In this document: piece after piece, positions 21,089-30,557 of the stretch
How the letters are laid out: each line of letters begins with the position of its first letter
How positions within the stretch are numbered: position 1 is the first letter of the stretch
Program-made: the position numbers and the translations under genes
Notes under the pieces: model-generated
What the model saw: only the letters and a program-made list of their open reading frames with translations
Told to the model about the DNA's origin: nothing
The model's database searches: none
Assembly (NCBI GenBank): GCA_963812015.1
Contig: CAWETI010000003.1
Coordinates: forward strand, 800,001-864,000
Length of the DNA: 64,000 bases
Source: an uncultured delta proteobacterium
GTDB taxonomy: Bacteria; Desulfobacterota; Desulfobaccia; Desulfobaccales; 0-14-0-80-60-11
Direction of reading: 5' to 3'

Positions 21089-21781
21089 GTGGAAGATTTC
21101 AGCCTGAGTGACGTTCTTCTGAAAGACATCTTACGATTCGCTAAACCTTTTGGGCACAATGAAAAAGTAAAGAATCTCAACTTGGGTTTTGGCTTCATCT
21201 ATTACGGGGTGGTCAGAGGGATCAGGCCCAAGCACACCGTGGTAATTGGCTCAGGCTATGGTTTCAGTGTGGTCTGTTTGGCTCTGGGTCTCAAAGATAA
21301 CGGCAGCGGTATTCTGACTTTTGTTGATCCGGCTTATTCGTTATTGAAGGACGGGCCCTTCAGCACCGTCGGCGGCCGCGGCGTGTGGAATGATGAATCT
21401 GCCGTAAAGGCCCATTTCCAACGCTTTGGCGTTGAAAACGTCATCACGCATTACAAAATGCGCAGCGACGAGTTCTTCCCGACCTATCAATCATCGAAGT
21501 TGCCTGCCGTTGATTTGGCTTTTATCGACGGTAGTCATGCTTATAAGGATGTCAAGTATGACTTTACCCAGGTGCTCGAGCGCTCGCATAAAAATACTTA
21601 TATATTTCTCCACGATACCAATATTTATATCCGAGAATTGATCAACCATGCCGGGGTGAAGAAATGGATGAAATTTATTAAGCGGCAGGAAGACGCCTTT
21701 GAGGTGATCAATTTCCCCTTCTCCTCGGGCGTGGCCCTGGTCCGGGTCATAGACCCCTCCGCCTGGAAGAAGCTCCATTGA
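21089..21781 (+). CDS. Class I SAM-dependent methyltransferase (Methyltransf_24-like)
   Basis: IGSGYGFS, FIDGSH.Y and FLHDT motifs; AGGAGG RBS. Confidence 0.85.
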   Translation: MEDFSLSDVLLKDILRFAKPFGHNEKVKNLNLGFGFIYYGVVRGIRPKHTVVIGSGYGFSVVCLALGLKDNGSGILTFVDPAYSLLKDGPFSTVGGRGVWNDESAVKAHFQRFGVENVITHYKMRSDEFFPTYQSSKLPAVDLAFIDGSHAYKDVKYDFTQVLERSHKNTYIFLHDTNIYIRELINHAGVKKWMKFIKRQEDAFEVINFPFSSGVALVRVIDPSAWKKLH

Positions 21782-22470
21782 CTGCCATAATCGTCTGCTG
21801 CTCGGTGCTTCTGGTTGCAGCGGCTGGTTACTTTTATTGGCGGTACGTCTGGTTCTTTCGCAACCCCCCCAGGGTGTCTCCGGGGGGGGACAACTTGGTG
21901 AGTCCGGCTGATGGTACAGTAGTTTATGTCAGTTTGGTGAAACCGCAGCAGGAAGTGGTCACGATCAAGCAGGGGTTGTCGGCGCGCCTCACCGATATTG
22001 TCCGGGAAGACCTGGATTCCGCCAAAATATTGATCGGCATCTTTATGAGCCCTTTCAGCGTCCACTATAATCGGGTGCCCCTTTCCGGACAGGTGGAATT
22101 TATCCGCCACCATCCGGCGATTCTGAAAAACCATTGCATGGCCCCGATGCATTGGCGCACCGTGTTGAAGCAGCCGCCCTTCTATAAGAATGCCGTCCAT
22201 ATCGTCAACAACGAAAGGACTGTAACCAAATTCACGGGGCTTTTCAAAGGCAAGCCCCTCTCTTACTATATCGTGCAAATCGCCGGGAAAAGTGTGCATG
22301 GCATTGATAGCTTTTTTGGCCCCCGGGACCAATTGAGCAAGGGGAATATCTTTGGCATGATCCGCATCGGTTCCCAGGTTGACTTGGTGGTCACGTATAA
22401 CCCTAAAATGGATATCAGGGTAAAGCCGGGTGATAAAGTAAGGGCAGGAGAGTCAATCCTCATTGCTTGA
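21778..22470 (+). CDS. psd: Phosphatidylserine decarboxylase family protein
   Basis: FFRNPPR, SPADG, IFMSPFSVHYNR.P and the IGSQVD self-cleavage site. Confidence 0.88.
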   Translation: MTAIIVCCSVLLVAAAGYFYWRYVWFFRNPPRVSPGGDNLVSPADGTVVYVSLVKPQQEVVTIKQGLSARLTDIVREDLDSAKILIGIFMSPFSVHYNRVPLSGQVEFIRHHPAILKNHCMAPMHWRTVLKQPPFYKNAVHIVNNERTVTKFTGLFKGKPLSYYIVQIAGKSVHGIDSFFGPRDQLSKGNIFGMIRIGSQVDLVVTYNPKMDIRVKPGDKVRAGESILIA

Positions 22471-22494
22471 GGATTTCACTGAAAGGGGGAAATT

Positions 22495-24888
22495 ATGAAG
22501 ATCGATTTGCATGTTCATTCCAGGTACTCCACCCGTCCATCCCAATGGGTTCTCCAAAAATTAGGTTGCCAGGAATGTTATACTCAACCACAAACCTTGT
22601 ACCGCATTGCCAAAAAGCGGGGCATGTCTTGGGTAACGATAACGGACCATAATAACATTCATGGCTGTATGGAAATTGCCACCTTACCCGACACGTTTCT
22701 CAGTGAAGAGGTAACTGCTTACTTTCCGGAGGATAGGTGCAAAGCCCATGTCTTGGTTTATGATATCAATGAATCACAACATAAAGATATTCAAAAAGCC
22801 CGGGATAATATCCATGACCTGGTGGCTTATCTGTGGGCCCACAATATCAGTCACAGCCTGGCTCATCCTCTCTGGGCGGTGAATAATCGCTTGAAGTTAG
22901 AACACTTCGAGCAGTTCGTCCTCCTGTTCAAGAACTTTGAACTCAATGGCGGGCGTGATACCCAGTTGAATGACTGGCTCAAAACCGTCTTATCCCTTCT
23001 GACCCCGCAAGACTTGGAGTTACTGCAAGAGAAACATCAGATAGTGCCGCTCTTCCCCAACCCCTGGCAGAAAAATTTTACCGGGGGCTCGGATGACCAT
23101 AGTTCTCTCAATATCGCCAGGATGTTCACCCAGGTCAAAGGCGCCTCCACCCTCAAACAGTTTCTGCAAGAGTTGGATCAAGGCAAGGCCCAAGCCAAGG
23201 GCAAGGCTTCCACGCCGTTAACCTTGGCTCACAACCTTTACAGCATCGCCTATCAATTTTATAAAGCTAAGTATGGATTAGAAAAATACACTAACTCGAA
23301 TGTTTTCATAAATTTCTTCGAAAAATATTTGCAGGTAAATTTGGAAGGAAGTAAGTCGTTACCCAAATATCATTATATCCGGAATAAGATTATCAATTTT
23401 TTCAAGAGTTCTTCGCAAAATGACACTATCTTATCTTTAATTAGAGACGAGGCCAGTAAGATTACCTATAGTGAATCCAATGGCAATCCTGAAAAAGAAT
23501 GGATGCAGGTACTTAACGATATCTCGCATAATATTCTCAAGCAATTTCATAAACATTTCCGCAAATCACTTATAGAGGCTAATTTCATTGATTTGGTCAA
23601 TTCCATCACCTCCAGCGGCTTAATTTACTTAGGATTGGCCCCGTATTTGGCAGCCTTCACCTCTTTTTCCAGCGACCGCGTTCTCGGAGAACAGATCATC
23701 AGCAACTTTCTTTCCAATGAACCCGTCAAGGGTGAAGAGATGAGTAGCATAAGGATGGCTCACTTCACGGACACTTTTTATGAGGTGAATGGGGTGGGCC
23801 TCACCATCAGACGGCAGGTGGAAGCCGCCAATCGGGCCAACAAAGATTATACGGTGATCACCTGTGATAAGACGCCCCGTCCCCATCAGAAAGGGGTGCG
23901 TAATTTCCCTCCCGTCGGGGTCTTCCATTTGCCGGAATATCCTGAACAGAAGCTGTTTCATCCGCCGGTATTGGAGATTCTGCAATATTGCTATGAGCAG
24001 AATATCACCCACATCAAGGCCGCGACTCCGGGCCCCATGGGCCTCACGGCCCTGGTCATCGCCAGGATGCTACGGCTGCCGTTATGGGGGACGTATCATA
24101 CGGCCTTGCCCCAGTATGCCCAATACCTAACGGAAGACAGCGCCATCTACCATTTTATGTGGAAGTATATCGTCTGGTTCTATAATCAACTGGATCTCAT
24201 CTTCGTGCCCTCTCATAGCACCGCGGAGGAATTGCAGCAACATGGGATTGAGGCTCAGAAGATGCGGGTTTTCCCCCGGGGAGTGGACCTGGACCTGTTC
24301 CATCCTTCCAGGCGTAACGGTTATCTGGAAAGCCGCTTCCAGGTCAAAGATGGGTGCAAGCTGCTCTATGTGGGCCGGGTGTCAAAAGAAAAGAACCTTG
24401 AACTGCTGGGCCAGGTATTCAAATCATTAATGCCAAGCCGGCGGGATCTCCAGCTCATCATCGTGGGGGACGGCCCCTATCTGGAGGAGATGCGGCGGGA
24501 GATGACCGGCACTCCTTGTGTATTCACCGGCTATCTGGAAGGCGAAGATCTCGCGGCGGTGTTTGCCTCGTGCGATCTGTTTGTCTTCCCCAGCACCACG
24601 GATACCTTTGGCAACGTGGTGCTGGAAGCCCAGGCCTCCGGAATCCCGGTAATCGTCAGCGATTCCGGGGGGCCGCAAGAGAATGTCATCCCCGGAGAAA
24701 CGGGGATTATCGTGCCCGGCAATGATGCGGAGAGTTTGGCGGTGGCCATAACCGCCTTGATTAACGAACCGGCCCGGCTGAAGCGCATGGGCCAGGCGGC
24801 GCGCCATTACATGCAGCAGCGCTCCTTTGAGACCGCCTTCCACGCCACCTGGGACATCTATGAGGAAAAGGCCGCGGCCATTGGCTGA
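22495..24888 (+). CDS. PHP phosphoesterase domain fused to GT4 glycosyltransferase
   Basis: DLHVHS, TDHN and GGSDDH (PHP); YVGRVSKEK and DTFGNVVLEAQASG (GT4). Confidence 0.92.
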   Translation: MKIDLHVHSRYSTRPSQWVLQKLGCQECYTQPQTLYRIAKKRGMSWVTITDHNNIHGCMEIATLPDTFLSEEVTAYFPEDRCKAHVLVYDINESQHKDIQKARDNIHDLVAYLWAHNISHSLAHPLWAVNNRLKLEHFEQFVLLFKNFELNGGRDTQLNDWLKTVLSLLTPQDLELLQEKHQIVPLFPNPWQKNFTGGSDDHSSLNIARMFTQVKGASTLKQFLQELDQGKAQAKGKASTPLTLAHNLYSIAYQFYKAKYGLEKYTNSNVFINFFEKYLQVNLEGSKSLPKYHYIRNKIINFFKSSSQNDTILSLIRDEASKITYSESNGNPEKEWMQVLNDISHNILKQFHKHFRKSLIEANFIDLVNSITSSGLIYLGLAPYLAAFTSFSSDRVLGEQIISNFLSNEPVKGEEMSSIRMAHFTDTFYEVNGVGLTIRRQVEAANRANKDYTVITCDKTPRPHQKGVRNFPPVGVFHLPEYPEQKLFHPPVLEILQYCYEQNITHIKAATPGPMGLTALVIARMLRLPLWGTYHTALPQYAQYLTEDSAIYHFMWKYIVWFYNQLDLIFVPSHSTAEELQQHGIEAQKMRVFPRGVDLDLFHPSRRNGYLESRFQVKDGCKLLYVGRVSKEKNLELLGQVFKSLMPSRRDLQLIIVGDGPYLEEMRREMTGTPCVFTGYLEGEDLAAVFASCDLFVFPSTTDTFGNVVLEAQASGIPVIVSDSGGPQENVIPGETGIIVPGNDAESLAVAITALINEPARLKRMGQAARHYMQQRSFETAFHATWDIYEEKAAAIG

Positions 24889-25088
24889 GTCACTAAAGCT
24901 GGGCAAGAGGTATTACCCTGGATCATTCGGCAGATAATGGGAAAATTACGGCCAACTTTCTGAGTTAAGGAGTTAAAGCTACATTGGGAGGAGGCCCTGA
25001 CCAGGGCTTATTGATGGACCGGAGCAATGACCTGCCCACAGTAGTTGTACCAAGTATTAAGTTAGGATGGTGGTCAATCGGACGTTGA

Positions 25089-25179
25089 GTCGAGTAGCGT
25101 GGGGGAATTTCCCCCCCAGGCCCTCCCAGAACCGAATGTGAACCTTTCGACCACCCTAAAGAAATTTCGTTGGATGCCA
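25089..25179 (-). mobile_element. Group II intron 3'-end remnant, homologous to 4500-4605
   Basis: Reverse strand CGGTTCTGGGAGGGCCTGGGGGGGAAATTCCCCCACGCTACTCGAC. Confidence 0.7.
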
Positions 25180-25181
25180 TA

Positions 25182-26027
25182 TAGCTTGCCATTATCCGCT
25201 CTTCTGCTAATCATTCCATATGATTCGTATATTGGAACCTTTGCAAATAGAGGCTGAATTGGGAATTCTCCCGAAAAATTGAAAAAATTCCGGGGAGATC
25301 GTATTGACTGAGGGGGAGTCCCTCCCGAGGTGTCCGGTTCCCGACATAGACCAAGGGCAGGGGTGCGGGACCGGGCGGTCCTGACGTCGGAAGCAGCAGA
25401 CATTAAGAAATCTGCACGGTGTTCCGTGGCTCTGCTCCTGGCCAAACCTGCCCGCCGAGAGCACGCTCACTCCTTACCCTTGCTTGACCCACCCCAAATC
25501 GTGGCTCAAAAATGCCCAGACGCATTTGTAATGGCATCCTGGAGACGTGCTTTGGGATGGCCAGGAGCGCGTCCGGCTGAAAATCGGTTAAAAATATTTA
25601 GGCATGGGTCCCATAAAAGGGGGGGTGCCACCACAGGGTGGATCATCGCAGATGAAAGAAATTCTCCACCACAACCGCACGAAATCGACCTGATCACCTT
25701 CACCCTTACCTAATAGAATTAACCAGCTATATTTTTGAAAAAATCTGCGTACCACCTTTTAAGCATCAGGGGGGGTAAAGATCGTCTCCGGGGGTTTGCC
25801 TTCTGGGGCCGAAAACTGGTGGGCCTGGGGGTGGGGCGGGGGGCTGCCTGGTGAGCGGTTGAGGGATGATAGGCATGGTGACTAGGGTGGGGCGACGGTG
25901 GCGGTGGTGGTGCCGGTGAACCCTGGGGGACCGGGGGGGGCCGAGGGGATGGGGCGGGGTAACCGAGCCGGCGCCGCGGCGGGGGTGCTGGTGCACCACA
26001 GGAGTAGGAGGTGGACGGCAACGCGGG
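25182..26027 (+). repeat. ~830-bp GC-rich module copy 1 (inverted homolog at 37108-37925)
   Basis: Collinear similarity throughout; 25511-25597 vs reverse complement of 37534-37620 has 86/87 identity. Confidence 0.9.
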
Positions 26028-26451
26028 CCCAGGCGAGGGACCCAACAGGCACCCTATCTCAATACCCCTCTCTTCTCCCTTTAGCTCTGACCGGCTCCCT
26101 TCCTCTCAAGCTGCCCTCTGAGAAGCCCTGCATTGGGGGGTGGGGGTAACCGTTGCCAGGGGGGAGAAGTCCCCAGGACGACCTAAAAATCCCAACTTAA
26201 GTTAGGACTTTTTACGAAAAAAGGTTGCACTTGAAGCCACCTGAGGGGGAGAGGCAGCGTTAGGCCCCGGTCCGAAAAACCGTCCGTATGAGAAACCCCA
26301 TGAAAGGCGATTAAGGGGGAGTGGAAGAGCAAGGCTAAGCATCCAAAAGGCTCGGGGCAAGACGTTGACATTCGGCATAGCGGACAGTCCATTTCCGGGC
26401 ACCCCGAAAGGTAATTTTCCGCACTCTGGTTATCCCTGGGTTATCCCTGAT

Positions 26452-26482
26452 AAAAAAAGGGTTAGCCAATTTGGCTAACCCC
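26452..26482 (-). terminator. Intrinsic terminator downstream of tRNA-Lys
   Basis: GGGTTAGCCAAATTGGCTAACCC followed by a T run on the minus strand. Confidence 0.8.
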
Positions 26483-26492
26483 TTGATTTCTC

Positions 26493-26568
26493 TGGTAGGC
26501 CGTCGGGGGCTCGAACCCCAAACCTAGTGATTAAGAGTCACTTGCTCTACCAATTGAGCTAACGGCCC
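26493..26568 (-). tRNA. tRNA-Lys (CTT)
   Basis: GGGCCGTTAGCTCAATTGGTAGAGC...CTCTTAA...GGTTCGAGCC...CCA; 76 nt. Confidence 0.97.
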
Positions 26569-26774
26569 GGATGCAGAACAGGCTTGAATATACTGGGGTT
26601 CGTAGATTTTGTCAAGGGGCGGTGACCATCCAAAATTGACCAAAATTAACCAATTTTGAACGCCATTTGCGGACGCATCGCGGACACCAAATTGGTGGAG
26701 GCGGTGAGGACATAAGGGTAGAGGTTTTTCAAGCAGCTGCACAGACGAGAAGCTCGTGCAAAACCGGTTTATTG

Positions 26775-26845
26775 TATCACCCTGAGCGCCCGCTAAGGGT
26801 ATAGCTTATTGAAAAGAATAGATTTTTCGCTTCGCTCAGAATGAC
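26775..26845. repeat. Degenerate REP-like unit
   Basis: ATCACCCTGAGCG...TTCGCTTCGCTCAGAATGAC inverted ends. Confidence 0.55.
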
Positions 26846-26950
26846 GAACTGCAAACTCCAAGATCACCTCCGGCTCAGACTTCCCCAGAGGTCAATAATC
26901 CTTGAGTTTTTAGCCCCTACCCGGCCGGGCCAGTTGGGGTAAGGGGGGTA

Positions 26951-27358
26951 TCAACTATTCTGCGCATGTAATTCCCGGGCCAGGGATTTCAACTGCCGTC
27001 GACGCAGTCTCGCCTTTTGATCCGGAAATTCCTCGGTGAGGAGGGTGAACTTCTCACAGCCCATTAAGTCCGGGCAGGCAGAGCAATGACTCTGCTGCCG
27101 CCGCAGGGCGCAGAGACGGATGGGACAGCGGTCCTGCCCTTTTCCGCTTTTACAGCCCGAACATTCGGGGTGGCCGAGAAACCAATCCAGGCCCTGGCGG
27201 AATTCTGTAAAAGAAAAGCCTTCCTCCCCAGGAAAACAATGCGCCCACCAATCCGTCCGGAACTGTTCCAGATACTCTTTCACCGTGGCTAAGGCTTGCA
27301 TGAACTCCGGGGCTCCCAACTGACAGTCGTCGCATACACCACAATAACTCTCTTTCAT
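26951..27358 (-). CDS. Cys-rich DUF3795-like protein
   Basis: YCGVCDDC, CSGCK, CPIRLCA and HCSACPD..C. Confidence 0.8.
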   Translation of the reverse strand: MKESYCGVCDDCQLGAPEFMQALATVKEYLEQFRTDWWAHCFPGEEGFSFTEFRQGLDWFLGHPECSGCKSGKGQDRCPIRLCALRRQQSHCSACPDLMGCEKFTLLTEEFPDQKARLRRRQLKSLARELHAQNS

Positions 27359-27637
27359 CAGCAGACTCTCAACCCGATAAATTTCCTCTTCGAAATGTTT
27401 AAAATATTGCAACGCCCATGCCAGAGAAAGGCGCGGCTCTCCCGGGGGTAACCCAAAAAAACTTATACCAATTTCGGGATCAACCAAAATCTCGACCAGG
27501 CCCGGGGAGGGCAGGGGTAGAAAAACTTTTGCTAGATTGTAAAGACACAATCGCCCAAGCTCCGGCCAGGGAACGCCCCCTGGGAAATCCCTTGACGTTC
27601 TCTTTAGTTATGGCATAACTAAGGAAACCTTGCCTGG

Positions 27638-28522
27638 ATGACGATGCTCATGGGCGCCACCGCCACGTTTGTAACCAGTTTGATCCCGCCGCTGCCCTTT
27701 TTGCTGGCCGGCTGTCTGCCCCTGTGGGTGGGGGCGCTCCTGGCGCGGGTGTCTGGATTGCCGCTGCGTCCGGGGGTTTTGGGGGCGGGGACCCTGGCGG
27801 TGGCCGCCCTGATCCTGGCGGCCTTTGCTGGCCGGGAAAGCTTTTGCCCCGGATCGGGCCGCTGTCCGGCCTGGAGGCTGACGTTCACCCGGAAGCCAGC
27901 CCTCGCGGCCTATGCGGCCCTGGGAGTGGCGGCGGGGTTGGGGCTGGGCTTGCAATACGGCTGGCATACCGGCGATTTCACCATCCCCCTGGGCGGACTG
28001 GGTGTCCTGGGGGGGTATTTCTCCTTTGCCCCGCCCCTGGCATGGCACCGCCGAGGCCTGGGGGAGGCGGTGGGGGGGCTCTGCTTCGGGCTGCTGCCGG
28101 TGGCCACGGGGCTGTACCTCCAATGCGGCCAGCTGCTGACCGAGGTCCTGCTCTATGGCCTGCCCCTGACCTTTACGGGATTCAACCTGTTCCTGGTGTA
28201 CGGCTTTCCCGGCCCCGGGGCCGCGCCGGGGTCCCGGAGCCTGGCGGCCCGGCTAAAACCGGTGACCGGGGCGCTGGTTTACACCATAGCCAACCTGCTC
28301 ACCATCATCGGGATCGTATTAATTTTGATCTTTCCGGCCGCGGTCCTCCCCTGGCGGTTGGGGTTGTGGCCCCTAGTGATCCTGGCGGTGGTCAACCAGG
28401 AACTCATCAAACGGAAGGCCTACCGGGATGAACGCCGGCTGAATCTGCTGGGCCGGCTGACGTTGACCCTCCACCTGGGTATGGGCCTGGTGTTTGTCTT
28501 GATGCTGTGGCAGCGGTTTTAA
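27638..28522 (+). CDS. UbiA/MenA prenyltransferase-like membrane protein (divergent)
   Basis: GYF...PPL...RGLGE...CFG.LPV...YLQ and G.RSLA.RL segments; Asp-rich motifs not visible. Confidence 0.6.
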   Translation: MTMLMGATATFVTSLIPPLPFLLAGCLPLWVGALLARVSGLPLRPGVLGAGTLAVAALILAAFAGRESFCPGSGRCPAWRLTFTRKPALAAYAALGVAAGLGLGLQYGWHTGDFTIPLGGLGVLGGYFSFAPPLAWHRRGLGEAVGGLCFGLLPVATGLYLQCGQLLTEVLLYGLPLTFTGFNLFLVYGFPGPGAAPGSRSLAARLKPVTGALVYTIANLLTIIGIVLILIFPAAVLPWRLGLWPLVILAVVNQELIKRKAYRDERRLNLLGRLTLTLHLGMGLVFVLMLWQRF

Positions 28523-28773
28523 TTGGGTTGTCGGTTTTCGGTTAAAAGAAAGGTTAAATAAAAAGGTAACTATTAGGTTTAGACCTTTTAACAGGGAATC
28601 TGGTATAACCGAGGGAGGCCGGGGCGACCCGAGGAGTTGGCGACAAGCCGGGGCTGGCGAAGCATTTCATCCCAGCCTCGACGGGTTTGGCGCATGGCGG
28701 GCGCGCCAGGATCATCGATCATGCATGGGCGGAAAGGGTTCAAGGGTTCCAGGTGGGGAATAAGGTTGGTGGC

Positions 28774-29011
28774 CATGTGCCTCATCCTGGCGCTGGCGCC
28801 GGGCTGCCAGGTCAGTGCGGCCCAGATTTATATCCCCCTGGCCTATGGCCTCACCGGCCTGTGCATCGCCTTAATCATGTCACCGACGCTGGTGGCGGCC
28901 GTGGTGGGGTTTGTGGCCGGCGGCCTGTTGGGGGCTGCGGTCTATAATAATTCCCTGAAACACCAGATATCGGAACCCCAGCGAGCCGAACCTCCCCATG
29001 ACCTCCAGTAA
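28774..29011 (+). CDS. Small hypothetical membrane protein
   Basis: Hydrophobic ORF overlapping the birA start; start uncertain. Confidence 0.45.
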
Positions 29012-30005
29012 GAGCCCGGGCCATGGATTGGAAGAGGTGTTACAGGTCCTGCGGGGGGCAAAGGACGCCATCTCCGGTGAGCGGCTGGCCGGCCAGCTGG
29101 GGCTGAGCCGGGCGGCGGTGTGGAAGCGGGTCCACCGCCTCAAGGCCCTGGGTTACATCATCGAGGGCTCGCCCCGGCGGGGGTATCGCCTCCTGGCGAT
29201 TCCCGACAAACTCCTGCCGGAAGAAGTGCTGCAGGGACTCAAGGCCCGCTCTCTGACGGGGCCGGTGCACCACTTCGAGACCCTCAACTCCACCAATGAT
29301 CTGGCCAAGGAATTGGCGGCCCGGGGAGCCCCGGAAGGCACCGTGGTGGTGGCGGAGACCCAGACCGGGGGTCGGGGCCGGCTGGGCCGGGAGTGGAATT
29401 CGCCCCCGGGGGTGGGGCTCTACGTTTCCCTGGTGCTGCGTCCGATGCTCCCGCCCTGGGAGCTGCCCCAGATCACCCTGATGACCGCGGTGGCGGTGGT
29501 CAGGGCGATCCGCCGGGTGGCGGGGGTGACGCCAGGGATCAAATGGCCCAACGACCTGCTCCTGAACGGCAAAAAGCTGGGGGGCATCCTGACCGAAATG
29601 GAGACGGAGAGCGACCGCATCCGCCATGTCGTGGTGGGTTTGGGATTGAATGTCAACAACCCGGGGTTTCCCCCGGAGTTGGCCGCCACGGCTACTTCCT
29701 TGACCCTGGCGGCTGGGGGGTCATTTCCCCGGGTGAAGCTTCTGCAGGTCTGGCTGGAGGAATTCGAGGCATTGTATGAGCGGTTTTTAAACCAGGAGTT
29801 TCCCGCCATCCTGGAGGAATGGAAGCGCTACACCGTGACCTTGGGGAGGGCGGTTACCGTGCGTCAGGGACCCCGGGAAATCTGCGGTCAGGCCCTGGAT
29901 GTGGCTGCCGATGGCGCCCTGCTGCTGCGCACTGCCGGCGGGGAGGTCGTGCGGGTGACATCAGGAGAGATAACCCCCGAACCCGCAGGGGATCCGGGGG
30001 TTTGA
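28998..30005 (+). CDS. birA: Bifunctional biotin ligase/repressor
   Basis: N-terminal HTH (SGE.LA..LG.SR.AVWK), GRGRLGR, KWPND and KLGGIL. Confidence 0.96.
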   Translation: MTSSKSPGHGLEEVLQVLRGAKDAISGERLAGQLGLSRAAVWKRVHRLKALGYIIEGSPRRGYRLLAIPDKLLPEEVLQGLKARSLTGPVHHFETLNSTNDLAKELAARGAPEGTVVVAETQTGGRGRLGREWNSPPGVGLYVSLVLRPMLPPWELPQITLMTAVAVVRAIRRVAGVTPGIKWPNDLLLNGKKLGGILTEMETESDRIRHVVVGLGLNVNNPGFPPELAATATSLTLAAGGSFPRVKLLQVWLEEFEALYERFLNQEFPAILEEWKRYTVTLGRAVTVRQGPREICGQALDVAADGALLLRTAGGEVVRVTSGEITPEPAGDPGV

Positions 30006-30026
30006 ACCGTAGAATGAGCGTCAGGA

Positions 30027-30311
30027 CTATTTTTTCAGGTCTTCGATTTCAGATTTCAGGCGATCGACTTCAGCCTTATATTTTTCCACATCGGCCTCAG
30101 CCATCTTGGGAGGCTCATAAGCCGGGGTCTCGGGTTTCTTAAAGAACTTATCTTTAGTTTCTTCGAAACCTAAATATACGGCCAGAGCACCGCCCAGAAG
30201 AAGTATTAAGGGAAGGCCCCCAGCCAGCAGGCCCAGGAACTGCTTCCACCACATGCCGAGCCCGATCAATCCCAGCGCCACTGCGACCAGTCCGCCTACC
30301 AAAGCTGTCAT
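30027..30311 (-). CDS. Hypothetical two-TM protein with charged tail
   Basis: AGGAGG RBS, two hydrophobic helices, coiled C-terminus. Confidence 0.75.
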   Translation of the reverse strand: MTALVGGLVAVALGLIGLGMWWKQFLGLLAGGLPLILLLGGALAVYLGFEETKDKFFKKPETPAYEPPKMAEADVEKYKAEVDRLKSEIEDLKK

Positions 30312-30492
30312 GCCCAAACCTCCTTACCCCACATAAGATCTCCAGCTGAACGCTGGGTTTGGTACCGCGCGCTCCCACATAAAGTTGATTTATTATCAGA
30401 AAGAATAAGATTAATCAAGGAGGAATTCAAGGGAGACGGGGTGGATTATAAGAATTATCTAATAAATTGCGAATGTTATAGGCTAAGATGCC

Positions 30493-30520
30493 TTGACAAA
30501 AAACGGACGCTCATTATAAT
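30493..30520 (+). promoter_or_regulatory. Sigma70-type promoter of the DnaJ-class gene
   Basis: TTGACA-16 bp-TATAAT. Confidence 0.7.
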
Positions 30521-30557
30521 TAAGAAAATTACCCCGAAGTAAACGGTGAGAAATATC

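Noticed and set aside
25330..25713. Paralogous protein pair 25330-25713 / 37418-37765
   Set aside because: No shared start or RBS, local frame switching and no recognisable domain; treated as a by-product of DNA similarity, though not fully excluded.
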